A stretch of DNA of 43,527 bases, from positions 1 to 43,527 of the forward strand of contig JBGPGW010000002.1 in NCBI GenBank assembly GCA_041484095.1. Reading direction: 5' to 3'. The notes beneath the pieces were generated by a model. It did not search any database. It saw nothing but the letters and a program-made list of their open reading frames with translations, and was not told the DNA's origin. Of this stretch, positions 1-8,620 are shown piece by piece. The stretch comes from Alphaproteobacteria bacterium (GTDB lineage Bacteria; Pseudomonadota; Alphaproteobacteria; CADEGL01). Within the stretch, counting starts at the first letter, position 1. Every line of letters begins with the position of its first letter. The position numbers and the translations under genes are program-made.

Positions 1-2
1 AC

Positions 3-2165
3 GAATCGCAGCGCCTGGCGGTCGAGACGCTCGACGGCCCGCTTCTCGTGCTGGCGGGCGCCGGCACCGGCAAGACGCGAGTCCTCATCTCGCGCTTGGC
101 CCACATCCTCGCGACAAGGCGCGCCTGGCCGAGCCAGATCCTGGCCGTCACCTTCACGAACAAGGCCGCGCGCGAGATGAAGGAGCGCGTCGCCGCTGAG
201 ATCGGCGGCGCGGTCGAGGGGCTGTGGCTCGGCACGTTCCATTCGCTCTGCGTGCGCATCCTGAGGCGGCACGCCGAGCTCCTGGGGCTCTCCTCCAACT
301 TCACGATTCTCGATACCGACGATCAGCTTCGCCTTCTCAAAGAGATCATCAAGGTGGCCGGCATCGACGACAAGCGCTGGCCGCCCCGCGCCGTTCATGC
401 GGTGATCGAGCGGTGGAAGGACCGGGGGCTCACGCCCGACAAGCTGTCGGCGGCCGATGCGGGCGAGGTCGCGGGCGGAAAGGTGATCGAGCTCTACCGC
501 CAGTACCAGGAACGCCTTAAGGCCTTCAACGCCTGCGATTTCGGCGATTTGTTGCTGCATTGCCTTCAGCTCTTCACCACCCATCCGGACGTCGTTCGCC
601 AGTATCAGGAGCAATTCCACTACATCTTGGTCGACGAGTACCAGGACACGAACGTGGCGCAGTATCTGTGGCTCCGCCTGCTCGCCCAGGGGGCCCGCAA
701 CATCTGCTGCGTCGGCGACGACGATCAGTCGATCTACAGCTGGCGCGGGGCGGAGATCGCGAACATCCTGCGCTTCGAGCGCGACTTCCCGGGTGCCAAG
801 ATCGTTCGGCTCGAACAGAACTACCGCTCGACCCAGCACATCCTTTCGGCCGCCTCCGGCCTCATCGCGCGCAACGAAGGGCGGCTCGGCAAGACGCTGT
901 GGAGCGCGGGCGATGCCGGCGACAAGATCACCGTCCGGGGCGTGTGGGACGGCGAGGAGGAGGCGCGCCTCGTGGCCGACGACATCGAGGCCCTGCAGCG
1001 CCAGGGCGCGCGCCTCGACGACATCGCGATCCTCGTGCGCGCGGGCTTCCAGACCCGCGAATTCGAGGAGCGCTTCATCACCCTCGGCATTCCCTATCGG
1101 GTCATCGGCGGCCCGCGCTTCTACGAGCGGCAGGAGATCCGCGACGCGCTGGCCTATCTCCGCCTCATCCATCAACAAGCGGACAGCCTGGCCTTCGAGC
1201 GCATCATCAACACGCCGCGCCGCGGGATCGGGGACTCGACGCTCCAGTCGCTCAATCGCCTCGCGCGCGCGGACGGCATCTCGCTCGTCGAAGCCGCGCG
1301 GCGGCTCATCGAGACGGATGAGCTGAAGCCCCAGACGCGCAAGGCGCTTTCGGGCTTCCTCATCGACCTCGAGCGCTGGCAACGGGTCGCGGGTGCCGAG
1401 CCCCATGCCGATCTCGCGCGCATCGTTCTCGACGAATCCGGCTATACCGATATGTGGAAGGCCTCGAAGACGCCCGAGGCGCCGGGCCGGCTCGAGAACC
1501 TCAAGGAATTCGTGGCGGCGCTGGAGGAGTTCGATTCCCTCGGCGGCTTTCTCGAGCATGTGGCGCTCGTGACCGAGGGCAACGCGGCCGCGGGCGGCGA
1601 CATGGTCAACATCATGACGCTCCACGCCGCCAAGGGCCTCGAATTCGGCACGGTGTTCCTGCCGGGCTGGGAGGAAGGATTGTTCCCGCATCAGCGCGCG
1701 CTCGAATCGGGCGGCACGGCGGCACTCGAGGAGGAACGGCGCCTCGCCTATGTCGGCCTGACGCGCGCCCGCCGCCGCGTAAGCGTCAGCTTCGCGGCCA
1801 ACCGGCGCGTCCACAATCAGTGGCAGAGCGCGATCCCGTCGCGTTTCATCGACGAGCTGCCCGAGGCCCATGTCGAGGTCGCCTCCGCGCCCGGGCTCTA
1901 CGGCGCGACGGGCGTCGACAACGACAGGATCAGCTTCGCCCCGCGCCGCACCCCTCTCATGCAGCGCCGGAGCACGGAGCGGCGCCACGAAGGCGGCGAG
2001 CGGCGCAGCGCCGATCGCTCGGGCGGATTCTCGGTCGGCGACCGCGTCTTTCACGAGAAGTTCGGCTATGGCCGCATCCGGGGGGTCGAGGACAACAAGC
2101 TCGACATCGAATTCGAGAAGGCCGGCCGGAAGAAAGTGATCGCGAGCTTCGTCGCGGCGGCTTGA
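3..2165 (+). CDS. uvrD: UvrD/PcrA/Rep-family ATP-dependent DNA helicase II. The 5' end lies upstream of the window.
   Basis: The frame is open from the window edge (ESQRLAVETLDGPLLVLAGAGTGKT). Helicase SF1 motifs are present: Walker A AGAGTGKT, VDEYQDTN, QNYRS, TLHAAKGLEF and VGLTRA. The GTG at 48 in the ORF track is internal. Confidence 0.93.
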   Translation, partial: ESQRLAVETLDGPLLVLAGAGTGKTRVLISRLAHILATRRAWPSQILAVTFTNKAAREMKERVAAEIGGAVEGLWLGTFHSLCVRILRRHAELLGLSSNFTILDTDDQLRLLKEIIKVAGIDDKRWPPRAVHAVIERWKDRGLTPDKLSAADAGEVAGGKVIELYRQYQERLKAFNACDFGDLLLHCLQLFTTHPDVVRQYQEQFHYILVDEYQDTNVAQYLWLRLLAQGARNICCVGDDDQSIYSWRGAEIANILRFERDFPGAKIVRLEQNYRSTQHILSAASGLIARNEGRLGKTLWSAGDAGDKITVRGVWDGEEEARLVADDIEALQRQGARLDDIAILVRAGFQTREFEERFITLGIPYRVIGGPRFYERQEIRDALAYLRLIHQQADSLAFERIINTPRRGIGDSTLQSLNRLARADGISLVEAARRLIETDELKPQTRKALSGFLIDLERWQRVAGAEPHADLARIVLDESGYTDMWKASKTPEAPGRLENLKEFVAALEEFDSLGGFLEHVALVTEGNAAAGGDMVNIMTLHAAKGLEFGTVFLPGWEEGLFPHQRALESGGTAALEEERRLAYVGLTRARRRVSVSFAANRRVHNQWQSAIPSRFIDELPEAHVEVASAPGLYGATGVDNDRISFAPRRTPLMQRRSTERRHEGGERRSADRSGGFSVGDRVFHEKFGYGRIRGVEDNKLDIEFEKAGRKKVIASFVAAA

Positions 2166-2180
2166 GCGCGCGGCCGCGGA

Positions 2181-3089
2181 TCACGCGCCCGATGCGGCCC
2201 TCAATTCGCGCCGGCGCACGGTCTCGCGGTAGATGACGTAGAGCCCCGAGGCGATGACGACGAGCGTGCCGAGAATCGTCCACCGGTCGGGGAAGGTGCC
2301 GAACACGGTATAGCCGACGATCGTCGCCATCACGACCGAGGCGTAGTTGAAGGGCGCGATCGTCGAGACGGCAACGCGCGTGAACGCCGTGATGACCGCG
2401 AGATGTGCCAACGCGCCGAGCCCGCCCTGCACGACGAGGAGCAGCCAGACCTCGAGCGGCGCCGCCTTCCACTCAAAGGGGACGATCGCGGACGAAATCA
2501 CGAGCCCCACGGCCGTCGTGTAGAACAACGTGGTCAGCGGCGGATCGCTCCGTGAGACGACGCGCGTCGCGATCTGATAGAGCGCGTAGACGAGCGAGGA
2601 GAGAATCAGAATCATCCCCGCCCAGTGAACGACGCCGAGGCCGGGGCGCAGGATGATGAGCGCGCCGACAAAACCGATGACGACCGCGGTCCAGCGGCGG
2701 ATCCCGACCTTCTCGCCGAGAAGCGGGACCGAGAGCGCCGTGAGGAACAGCGGCCCGACCATGCTCAGGGCCACCGCGTCCGCGAGTGCGACGAATCGGA
2801 GCGCGAAGATGAAGAGAAACGTCGAGCCGACATTGAGCACGGCGCGTCCGATCTGGAGCCCTGGACGCGCCGTCCGCGGGGCAAGGCGCGCCCGCGCCCG
2901 GAGCGACAGCGCCACGACGCAAGCGAACTGGAACGCGTAGCGCACCCACATGATGAAAATGACGGGGTAGTCGGCCGTCAGGTATTTCGCGATGGCGTCC
3001 ATCACCGTGAAGATGAAGAGCGCCGCGAGCAGGAAGAGAATGCCGCTCAGCGTGCGCGGGCCATCGGTCGAGGCGGGGCGGGGAGCCAT
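2181..3089 (-). CDS. EamA/DMT-superfamily permease (10-TM drug/metabolite transporter)
   Basis: 302 aa and hydrophobic throughout, with a two-fold EamA-like layout. It aligns end to end with the ORF at 4032-4925, for example LTALSVPLLGEKVGIRRWTAVVIGFVGALIILRPG. Confidence 0.85.
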   Translation of the reverse strand: MAPRPASTDGPRTLSGILFLLAALFIFTVMDAIAKYLTADYPVIFIMWVRYAFQFACVVALSLRARARLAPRTARPGLQIGRAVLNVGSTFLFIFALRFVALADAVALSMVGPLFLTALSVPLLGEKVGIRRWTAVVIGFVGALIILRPGLGVVHWAGMILILSSLVYALYQIATRVVSRSDPPLTTLFYTTAVGLVISSAIVPFEWKAAPLEVWLLLVVQGGLGALAHLAVITAFTRVAVSTIAPFNYASVVMATIVGYTVFGTFPDRWTILGTLVVIASGLYVIYRETVRRRELRAASGA

Positions 3090-3259
3090 GACCTGGACAT
3101 ACAGGGCTCACGCGCGGATTGCGAGGCCGCCATGCGGCGCGGGCAGGTGAGACGGGACCTTCGCGCCCGGGCGATTTGAATCCGGGCGCCGCCATCGTTA
3201 GACTTGGCGGACGCGACGGGGCGATGTCGCCGGCCGCCGCAACCGAGGAGGGTACCGCC

Positions 3260-4083
3260 GTGAAATCCTTCACCGTGCAGCGGGGCAACAACATGCCCGT
3301 GCAATCGCCGCTCATTCCCGAGCCGTTCGTGCCCTATCAGTGCAAGGGCAATCGCGTCCTCTATGTCGTGTGCCGCGGCAACCGGCGCGTGATCGACGCG
3401 TATCTGAAGCACACGCCCTTCGAGAGCGTGGATGATCGCTATGTCGTCTCGATCGCCGACTTCAGCAAGTGCGACAAGGCGAAGTTCATGGACGCGGCGA
3501 TCGTGCTGCCGATCCGCTTCCGCAACAAGCTGGGCGGCTATTATCTGTTCGAGTACGAGAACAACGACGCGGCGATCGCTGCCGGGCGCGACCTGTGGGG
3601 CTATCCCAAGAAGTATGCCGCGATCACGCTGACGGAGCGCGGCAAGACCGTGTCGGGCACGGTGGTGCGGGCGGGAAGACGATCATGGATGTGTCATGCG
3701 ATCTTTCGCGGCCGCTCGGCTCGGTCCCGCGCCTCACGCTGACCCCGCATCTCAACATGCACGTCCAGCCGCGGCCCGACGGGCCCGGCTACACGGCGAT
3801 GCGCATCATCGAGCGCGACACCTCGCCCGACTACGTCCTGAAGTCGGAGCGCCTCGGCGCGGGCAGGGTGACGCTGCGTGGCCTGCCGACCGATCCGCTG
3901 CATGAATTCAAGCCGCTCGAGATCCTCGGCGGCGGCTTGATCACGGGCGATTTCTACGCGACCGAGGCGAATGGCTGGGGTCGCGTGATCGCGACGTTCA
4001 AGCCGGGGTCCCGCGCCAATGGCCGCACCCGTCAGGCGCCGTCCCGCGCCCGCAACGGCCGGGAGGCGCGGCTCTCCCGGTAG
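3260..4083 (+). pseudogene. Acetoacetate decarboxylase (ADC)-family protein, disrupted by a single frameshift near 3668-3680 or affected by a sequencing indel
   Basis: Two overlapping ORFs (frame 2 up to about 3676, frame 1 from about 3676) read through as ...GKTVSGTVVRAG|KTIMDVSCDLS.... The ADC-like signature GRDLWGYPKKY is present. SD GAGGAGG at 3245-3251 sits 8 nt before the GTG at 3260. The family assignment is from memory of ADC-family sequences, not from a search. Confidence 0.6.
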
Positions 4084-4925
4084 GCGACATAGAGGCCGCT
4101 CGCGATCACGATGAGCGTGCCGACGATCGTCCAGGGATCGGGGACGTCGCCGAAGAACGCGAAGCCGACGAGGGTGGCACTCGCGATCTGGAAGTAGACG
4201 AACGGCGCCAGAACCGAGGCGGCGCCGAAGTCGAATGCCTTGGTGAGCGCGAGATGGGAGAGCGCGAACAACACCCCCATGAGCGCGAAGAGGCCCCAAA
4301 GCTCGAGCGACAGCGGCACCCAGGAGAACGGCAGCACCGCCGAGTTGACGAGGAAGCCCACGACCGTCGCGTAGAAGAACGTCGTCGTCGCCCGGTCGGT
4401 CGAGACGAGGCGGCGCGCACCGATCTGGTAAAATGCGAACAAGGCGGCCGAGACGAGCGGCAACGCCGTCGCCCAATGCACGAGGCCGAGACCCGGGCGC
4501 ACGACGACGAGGGCGCCCATGAAACCGATCGTAACGGCCGTCCAGCGCCTCACCCCGACGCGCTCGCCCAGCAGCGGGACGGACAGGGCCGTCACCATGA
4601 GCGGTGCGACGAGTGCTGCGGCGAAGGCGTCGGCCATGGGCACGAAGGCGAGCGCCGTGATGAACGGAATGTTCGACGCCCAGCCCGCGAACGCGCGGCC
4701 GATCTGGAGTGGCAGCCGCGTCGTGCGCATCACGCGCCAGGGATGCGCCACCCCGATATAGACCAGGATGAAGGCCATCTGGAACGCATACCGCCCCCAG
4801 ATGATCTGCATCACCGGCACGTCGCTGGTGAGCCGCTTCGCGATTCCGTCCGCGAGCGGAAACAGCGAAACCGCCGTGACCATGAGGAGGATGCCGCGAA
4901 GCAGAGCGGGCGCCGGGCCGGTCAT
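4032..4925 (-). CDS. EamA/DMT-superfamily permease, paralogue of 2181-3089
   Basis: 297 aa starting at ATG 4925 (MTGPAPALLRGILLMV...). The 603-aa track ORF extends upstream only as an antisense artefact over prmA. It shares the central block VTALSVPLLGERVGVRRWTAVTIGFMGALVVVRPG and the C-terminal GTLIVIASGLYVAYRE with the first DMT gene. Confidence 0.85.
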   Translation of the reverse strand: MTGPAPALLRGILLMVTAVSLFPLADGIAKRLTSDVPVMQIIWGRYAFQMAFILVYIGVAHPWRVMRTTRLPLQIGRAFAGWASNIPFITALAFVPMADAFAAALVAPLMVTALSVPLLGERVGVRRWTAVTIGFMGALVVVRPGLGLVHWATALPLVSAALFAFYQIGARRLVSTDRATTTFFYATVVGFLVNSAVLPFSWVPLSLELWGLFALMGVLFALSHLALTKAFDFGAASVLAPFVYFQIASATLVGFAFFGDVPDPWTIVGTLIVIASGLYVAYRESRASRPLRARDGA

Positions 4926-5099
4926 CCCGATCGTTCGCCCGCGATGATTGTGAGTAGGATGCCGCGGAGGACCGATGGGTGGCACAGGGAGGGGCTCCGT
5001 GTGGACCGTCATGCCGGATAGGACAGTGCCGGGCGGCATCGCCGCGGATACTCTGGCCGTGCTCGCCGGCGGCCGCAAGGCGGAGCGCGATCGGCTGGG

Positions 5100-5987
5100 G
5101 TGGCCGTCGTGACCGGTGGTGGTGCGCCGTTTTGGCGCGTCGTGGTCGACGTGCCGGCCGGCGCGGGCGATCGGATGATGGCGGCCTTGGAATCGTTCGG
5201 CGACAGCGTCTCGGCCTTCGAGCATGGGATGGCGGCCGTCCGCGTCGAGCTCATCGGGCGGGACCGGCCCGATCAGGCGGCCGTGTCCCTTGCCGTGGCG
5301 CTGGCGGCGGCCAGCGCCGGGATTCCCGTGCCTGAAATCATGATCGAGCGGCTGGCGCCGCGCGATTGGCTGGCGGAGAACCGCAAAAGCTTTCCGCCGC
5401 TCTCCATCGGGCGCTACCTCATCCACGGCAGCGACTTCGTCGGTGATGCGCCGCGGGGCGCGGTCGGTCTCCGTCTCGACGCCGGTGCGGCATTCGGCAC
5501 CGGACGCCATGCGAGCACGGCGGGCTGTCTCTTGGCGTTCGACCGTTTGGCGCCGCACCGGCGCATCGTGCGGGCGCTCGATCTCGGCTGCGGCTCGGCC
5601 ATCCTCGCGATCGCCATTGCCAAGACCTGGGGGTCGCGGGTGCTCGCGGCGGATATCGATCCCGTCGCGATCGGCGTCGCGCGCGACAACATCCGGGCGA
5701 ACGGGGTCGCGAAGCGGGTGCGCGCCTTCACGAGCCGAGGGTTCGATTCGGCGGGTCTTCGGCGCGCGCCGCCTTTCGACCTGATCGTCGCCAATATCCA
5801 ACTCGAGCCGCTCGTCGCCATGGCGGCGGACATCGCGCGCCATGCGCGACCGGGTGCGGCGGTGGTGCTGTCGGGGATTCTCGACACGGACGGGGCGCGT
5901 TTGGCCGGCGCCTACGCGCGGGCCGGCCTGCGGCTAGGCGAGGTGATCCACGTCGAGGAGTGGGTGACCCTGGTCTTCGATCGCTAG
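5100..5987 (+). CDS. prmA: Ribosomal protein L11 methyltransferase
   Basis: SAM-binding motif LDLGCGSAILAIAIAK, ADIDPVAIGVARDNI and FDLIVANI, with PrmA-like length. The exact start (GTG 5100) is uncertain. Confidence 0.85.
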   Translation: MAVVTGGGAPFWRVVVDVPAGAGDRMMAALESFGDSVSAFEHGMAAVRVELIGRDRPDQAAVSLAVALAAASAGIPVPEIMIERLAPRDWLAENRKSFPPLSIGRYLIHGSDFVGDAPRGAVGLRLDAGAAFGTGRHASTAGCLLAFDRLAPHRRIVRALDLGCGSAILAIAIAKTWGSRVLAADIDPVAIGVARDNIRANGVAKRVRAFTSRGFDSAGLRRAPPFDLIVANIQLEPLVAMAADIARHARPGAAVVLSGILDTDGARLAGAYARAGLRLGEVIHVEEWVTLVFDR

Positions 5988-5996
5988 GTCCTGACA

Positions 5997-6024
5997 GGCG
6001 GAACGGCGTGAATGCCGCTCCGCC
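5997..6024. terminator. GC-rich hairpin between the convergent prmA and DUF1127 genes (candidate bidirectional terminator)
   Basis: ggcggaacggc (5997-6007) pairs with gccgctccgcc (6014-6024) at 10 of 11 positions around a 6-nt loop. No U-tract follows. Confidence 0.45.
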
Positions 6025-6036
6025 CGCTTCGTCGCA

Positions 6037-6351
6037 TCAGGCCGCGAGATCGGCCCGACGCGCGGACTGGTTGTCGTTTTCGGCATCGATCGCTTTGTTG
6101 GCCAGCCGCGTGATCTCATGGCGCTGAACGCCGATATCCTTGAGCATGGCGTCATCGAGGCCGGACAGCGCGTGAATCGTCTCCTGCCGGGCGCGCAATC
6201 GCTGAACAATAGCGGCCACGCCGGCCGCACCGGAGCCCAGCATCGCGCCGATCTGAGCCATCGCATCGGCCGCGGCCAAGAATCCGCTGCCCAACGTTTC
6301 CGCAACGTTCGCTTCACCCTCGTAATTCTTCTTCTTGGTCGTCTGCGTCAT
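6037..6351 (-). CDS. DUF1127 domain-containing protein with a long Gly/Ala-rich N-terminal part
   Basis: The C-terminal segment RLRARQETIHALSGLDDAMLKDIGVQRHEI fits the DUF1127 pattern (L..LsD..LkDIG..R.dI). SD GGAGG lies 6 nt upstream of the ATG. An AT-rich upstream region is present. Confidence 0.75.
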   Translation of the reverse strand: MTQTTKKKNYEGEANVAETLGSGFLAAADAMAQIGAMLGSGAAGVAAIVQRLRARQETIHALSGLDDAMLKDIGVQRHEITRLANKAIDAENDNQSARRADLAA

Positions 6352-6537
6352 GTCACGAACCTCCGGTCGAATTTATCGGTTTCAGCGCGGGATATTGCGC
6401 TGCACAAATTAATAAATGGTTATTAAGTCAACATTTTGACGACTTTATGACGCAATGCACCATTGCAAGGGGCGCATAGTTAAGACTGTGTCGCACGGCC
6501 CTTGCCAGGCTCGAATCAGGGGGCATAGCCTGTCGGC

Positions 6538-8598
6538 ATGACCGCGAAACCCGATCAGGCCACGGCTCAGGCCTCGGCGCCGCGTTATGGCGGCGATTCT
6601 CTGCTCGAGAACCTCCTCATGAGAGAGGGCGTGACGCAGACGATCGAGGGGCTGAAATCCCTCATCGCGGGCGTCTTGGCGGCGCCGGAGGCGGAAGATC
6701 CCGACGGCTGGATCGCGCTCGTTGCCGAGAACCCCAGTGCCGCGCTTTGTCTGCAGCTTGGCGCATTGAAGGCGTCCATCGCCGCAACGGCACCCTTGGG
6801 AGGGCCGATCCAGGCCTCGCGTCTCGACGCGCTCCGCCGGGAGCTCGCGCGCCGTAAGCTCCAAGGCTTTATCGTTCCGCGCACGGATGAGCACCAGAAC
6901 GAATTCGTGCCGCGCCGCGCGGAGCGCCTGGCCTGGCTCACCGGCTTCACCGGCTCGGCGGGACTAGCGATCGTGCTCGCGGACCGTGCGGCCGTGTTCG
7001 TCGACGGCCGCTACACGCTTCAGGTCGCCGAGCAAGTCGATCGCGGGTGCTACGAGACCCGCCATGTCACGAACGATCCGCCGGCGGCGTGGATCGAGGC
7101 GCATCTCGCGCGGGGCGGCCGGCTCGGCTACGACCCCTGGCTCCACACGCCGAACGACATCCAGCGGCTCGATGCGGCATGCAAGAAGGCCGGCGGCATC
7201 CTCACCGGCTGCGAGAGCAATCCGATCGACGCCGTTTGGCAGGATCAGCCGGTCGCTCCCCTGGCGCCGGTCGTCCCGCACGCGCTGAGATTCGCCGGCC
7301 AGAGCGCGGAAGAGAAGCGTCGTATGCTTGCGGGCGAGCTCGACAGGAAGAACATCGGCGCGGCGGTGATCACGTCGCCCGATTCGATCGCGTGGCTCCT
7401 CAACATTCGCGGTGGCGACGTGCCGCGGACGCCGCTGGTCCTGAGCTTCGCGATCCTGGAACGGACGGGGCAGGTGCGGCTCTTCCTCGATTCAAGAAAA
7501 CTCACGCCGGCGGCCCGCTCCCATCTCGGCAACGGTGTCGCCATTGCGGAAATGAGCGCCTTTCCCACGGCGCTGGACGGCCTCAAGGGCGCGCGAGTCC
7601 TCATCGATCCCGCGAGCGTGCCGGCCTTCGTCGCGCAGCGGCTCGAATCCGCCGGCGCCGAGCTGATCAAGGACAGCGATCCCTGCCAATTGCCGAAGGC
7701 GCGAAAGAACCCGGTCGAGCTCGACGGAACGCGGAGTGCGCACCGGCGGGACGGGGCGGCGCTCGTCCGCTTTCTCGCATGGCTCGACCGCGCATCATCG
7801 GCCGGCACGATCGGCGAATTGGCCGCGGTCGACGCGCTGGCCGCGTTTCGGCGCGAGGGCGCGCTGTTCCGCGATTTCAGCTTCGACACGATCTCAGGCG
7901 CCGGCCCCAACGGCGCCATCGTTCACTACCGGGTGACAGCCGAATCCGATCGCCGCATCACGCCGGGCGAGCTGTATCTCGTCGATTCCGGGGCCCAGTA
8001 TCTCGACGGCACGACCGACGTGACGCGGACCGTGTTCATCGCGGGCAACGGCGATCCCACGGCCGAGCAGAAGGACCGTTTCACGCGCGTGTTGAAGGGC
8101 CATATCGCGCTCGCGAGGGCCCGTTTTCCCAAGGGGACGTCGGGCTCGCAGCTCGATGCGCTGGCGCGGCATGCGTTGTGGGAGGCGGGGCTCGACTACG
8201 ATCACGGAACCGGTCATGGCGTCGGCAGCTATCTCGGCGTCCATGAAGGGCCGCAGCGCATCTCGAAAGTCCCGAACACGGTCGCGCTCGAGCCCGGCAT
8301 GATCGTGTCCAACGAGCCCGGCTATTACAAAGCCGGCGCGTTCGGCATTCGCATCGAGAATCTCGTCGCGGTCGTGCCATGCGCGGCGCCCGAGGGGGGT
8401 GAGCGCGAACTTCTGGGCTTTGAAACACTGACCCAGGCGCCGATCGATCGGCGCCTGATCGATCCCGCGCTGATGAGCCCGTCGGAGCGCGAATGGCTCG
8501 ATGCCTATCATGCGCGGGTTCGCGAGACGCATGGCCCGCTTCTCGACCCGGAGACGCGAGCATGGCTCGCCGCGGCGACCGCCCCGCTCCCCTCGTGA
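6538..8598 (+). CDS. pepP: Xaa-Pro aminopeptidase (aminopeptidase P, M24B family)
   Basis: The creatinase-like N-domain starts at RLDALRRELARRKLQGFIVPRTDEHQNEF. The M24 metal-ligand region contains DSGAQY, DVTRT, HGTGHGVG, NEPGYY and IRIEN. The start is uncertain, with about 90 aa lying ahead of the usual N-terminus. Confidence 0.88.
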   Translation: MTAKPDQATAQASAPRYGGDSLLENLLMREGVTQTIEGLKSLIAGVLAAPEAEDPDGWIALVAENPSAALCLQLGALKASIAATAPLGGPIQASRLDALRRELARRKLQGFIVPRTDEHQNEFVPRRAERLAWLTGFTGSAGLAIVLADRAAVFVDGRYTLQVAEQVDRGCYETRHVTNDPPAAWIEAHLARGGRLGYDPWLHTPNDIQRLDAACKKAGGILTGCESNPIDAVWQDQPVAPLAPVVPHALRFAGQSAEEKRRMLAGELDRKNIGAAVITSPDSIAWLLNIRGGDVPRTPLVLSFAILERTGQVRLFLDSRKLTPAARSHLGNGVAIAEMSAFPTALDGLKGARVLIDPASVPAFVAQRLESAGAELIKDSDPCQLPKARKNPVELDGTRSAHRRDGAALVRFLAWLDRASSAGTIGELAAVDALAAFRREGALFRDFSFDTISGAGPNGAIVHYRVTAESDRRITPGELYLVDSGAQYLDGTTDVTRTVFIAGNGDPTAEQKDRFTRVLKGHIALARARFPKGTSGSQLDALARHALWEAGLDYDHGTGHGVGSYLGVHEGPQRISKVPNTVALEPGMIVSNEPGYYKAGAFGIRIENLVAVVPCAAPEGGERELLGFETLTQAPIDRRLIDPALMSPSEREWLDAYHARVRETHGPLLDPETRAWLAAATAPLPS

Positions 8599-8620
8599 GA
8601 TCGCCGCGCGCCCTCGCGGC

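Noticed and set aside
3668-3680. The possibility that the ADC-family frame switch is a programmed ribosomal frameshift.
   Set aside because: I see no slippery heptamer of the X XXY YYZ type and no obvious downstream stimulatory structure. The site is a G/C-rich run that is prone to indels.
4926-5843. An N-terminal 306-aa extension of the second DMT gene, from the 603-aa track ORF 4032-5843.
   Set aside because: The extension is antisense to prmA and compositionally Arg/Asp/Pro-rich. The permease signature begins at ATG 4925.
6395-6426. An FNR/FixK-like box (TTGCGCTGCACAA, 6395-6407) and a CtrA-like box (TTAA-N7-TTAT, 6409-6423) upstream of the DUF1127 gene.
   Set aside because: The first has the wrong length and spacing for TTGAT-N4-ATCAA and is only an imperfect dyad. 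The second has a mismatch in the second half-site and lies in AT-rich DNA where TTAA is frequent.
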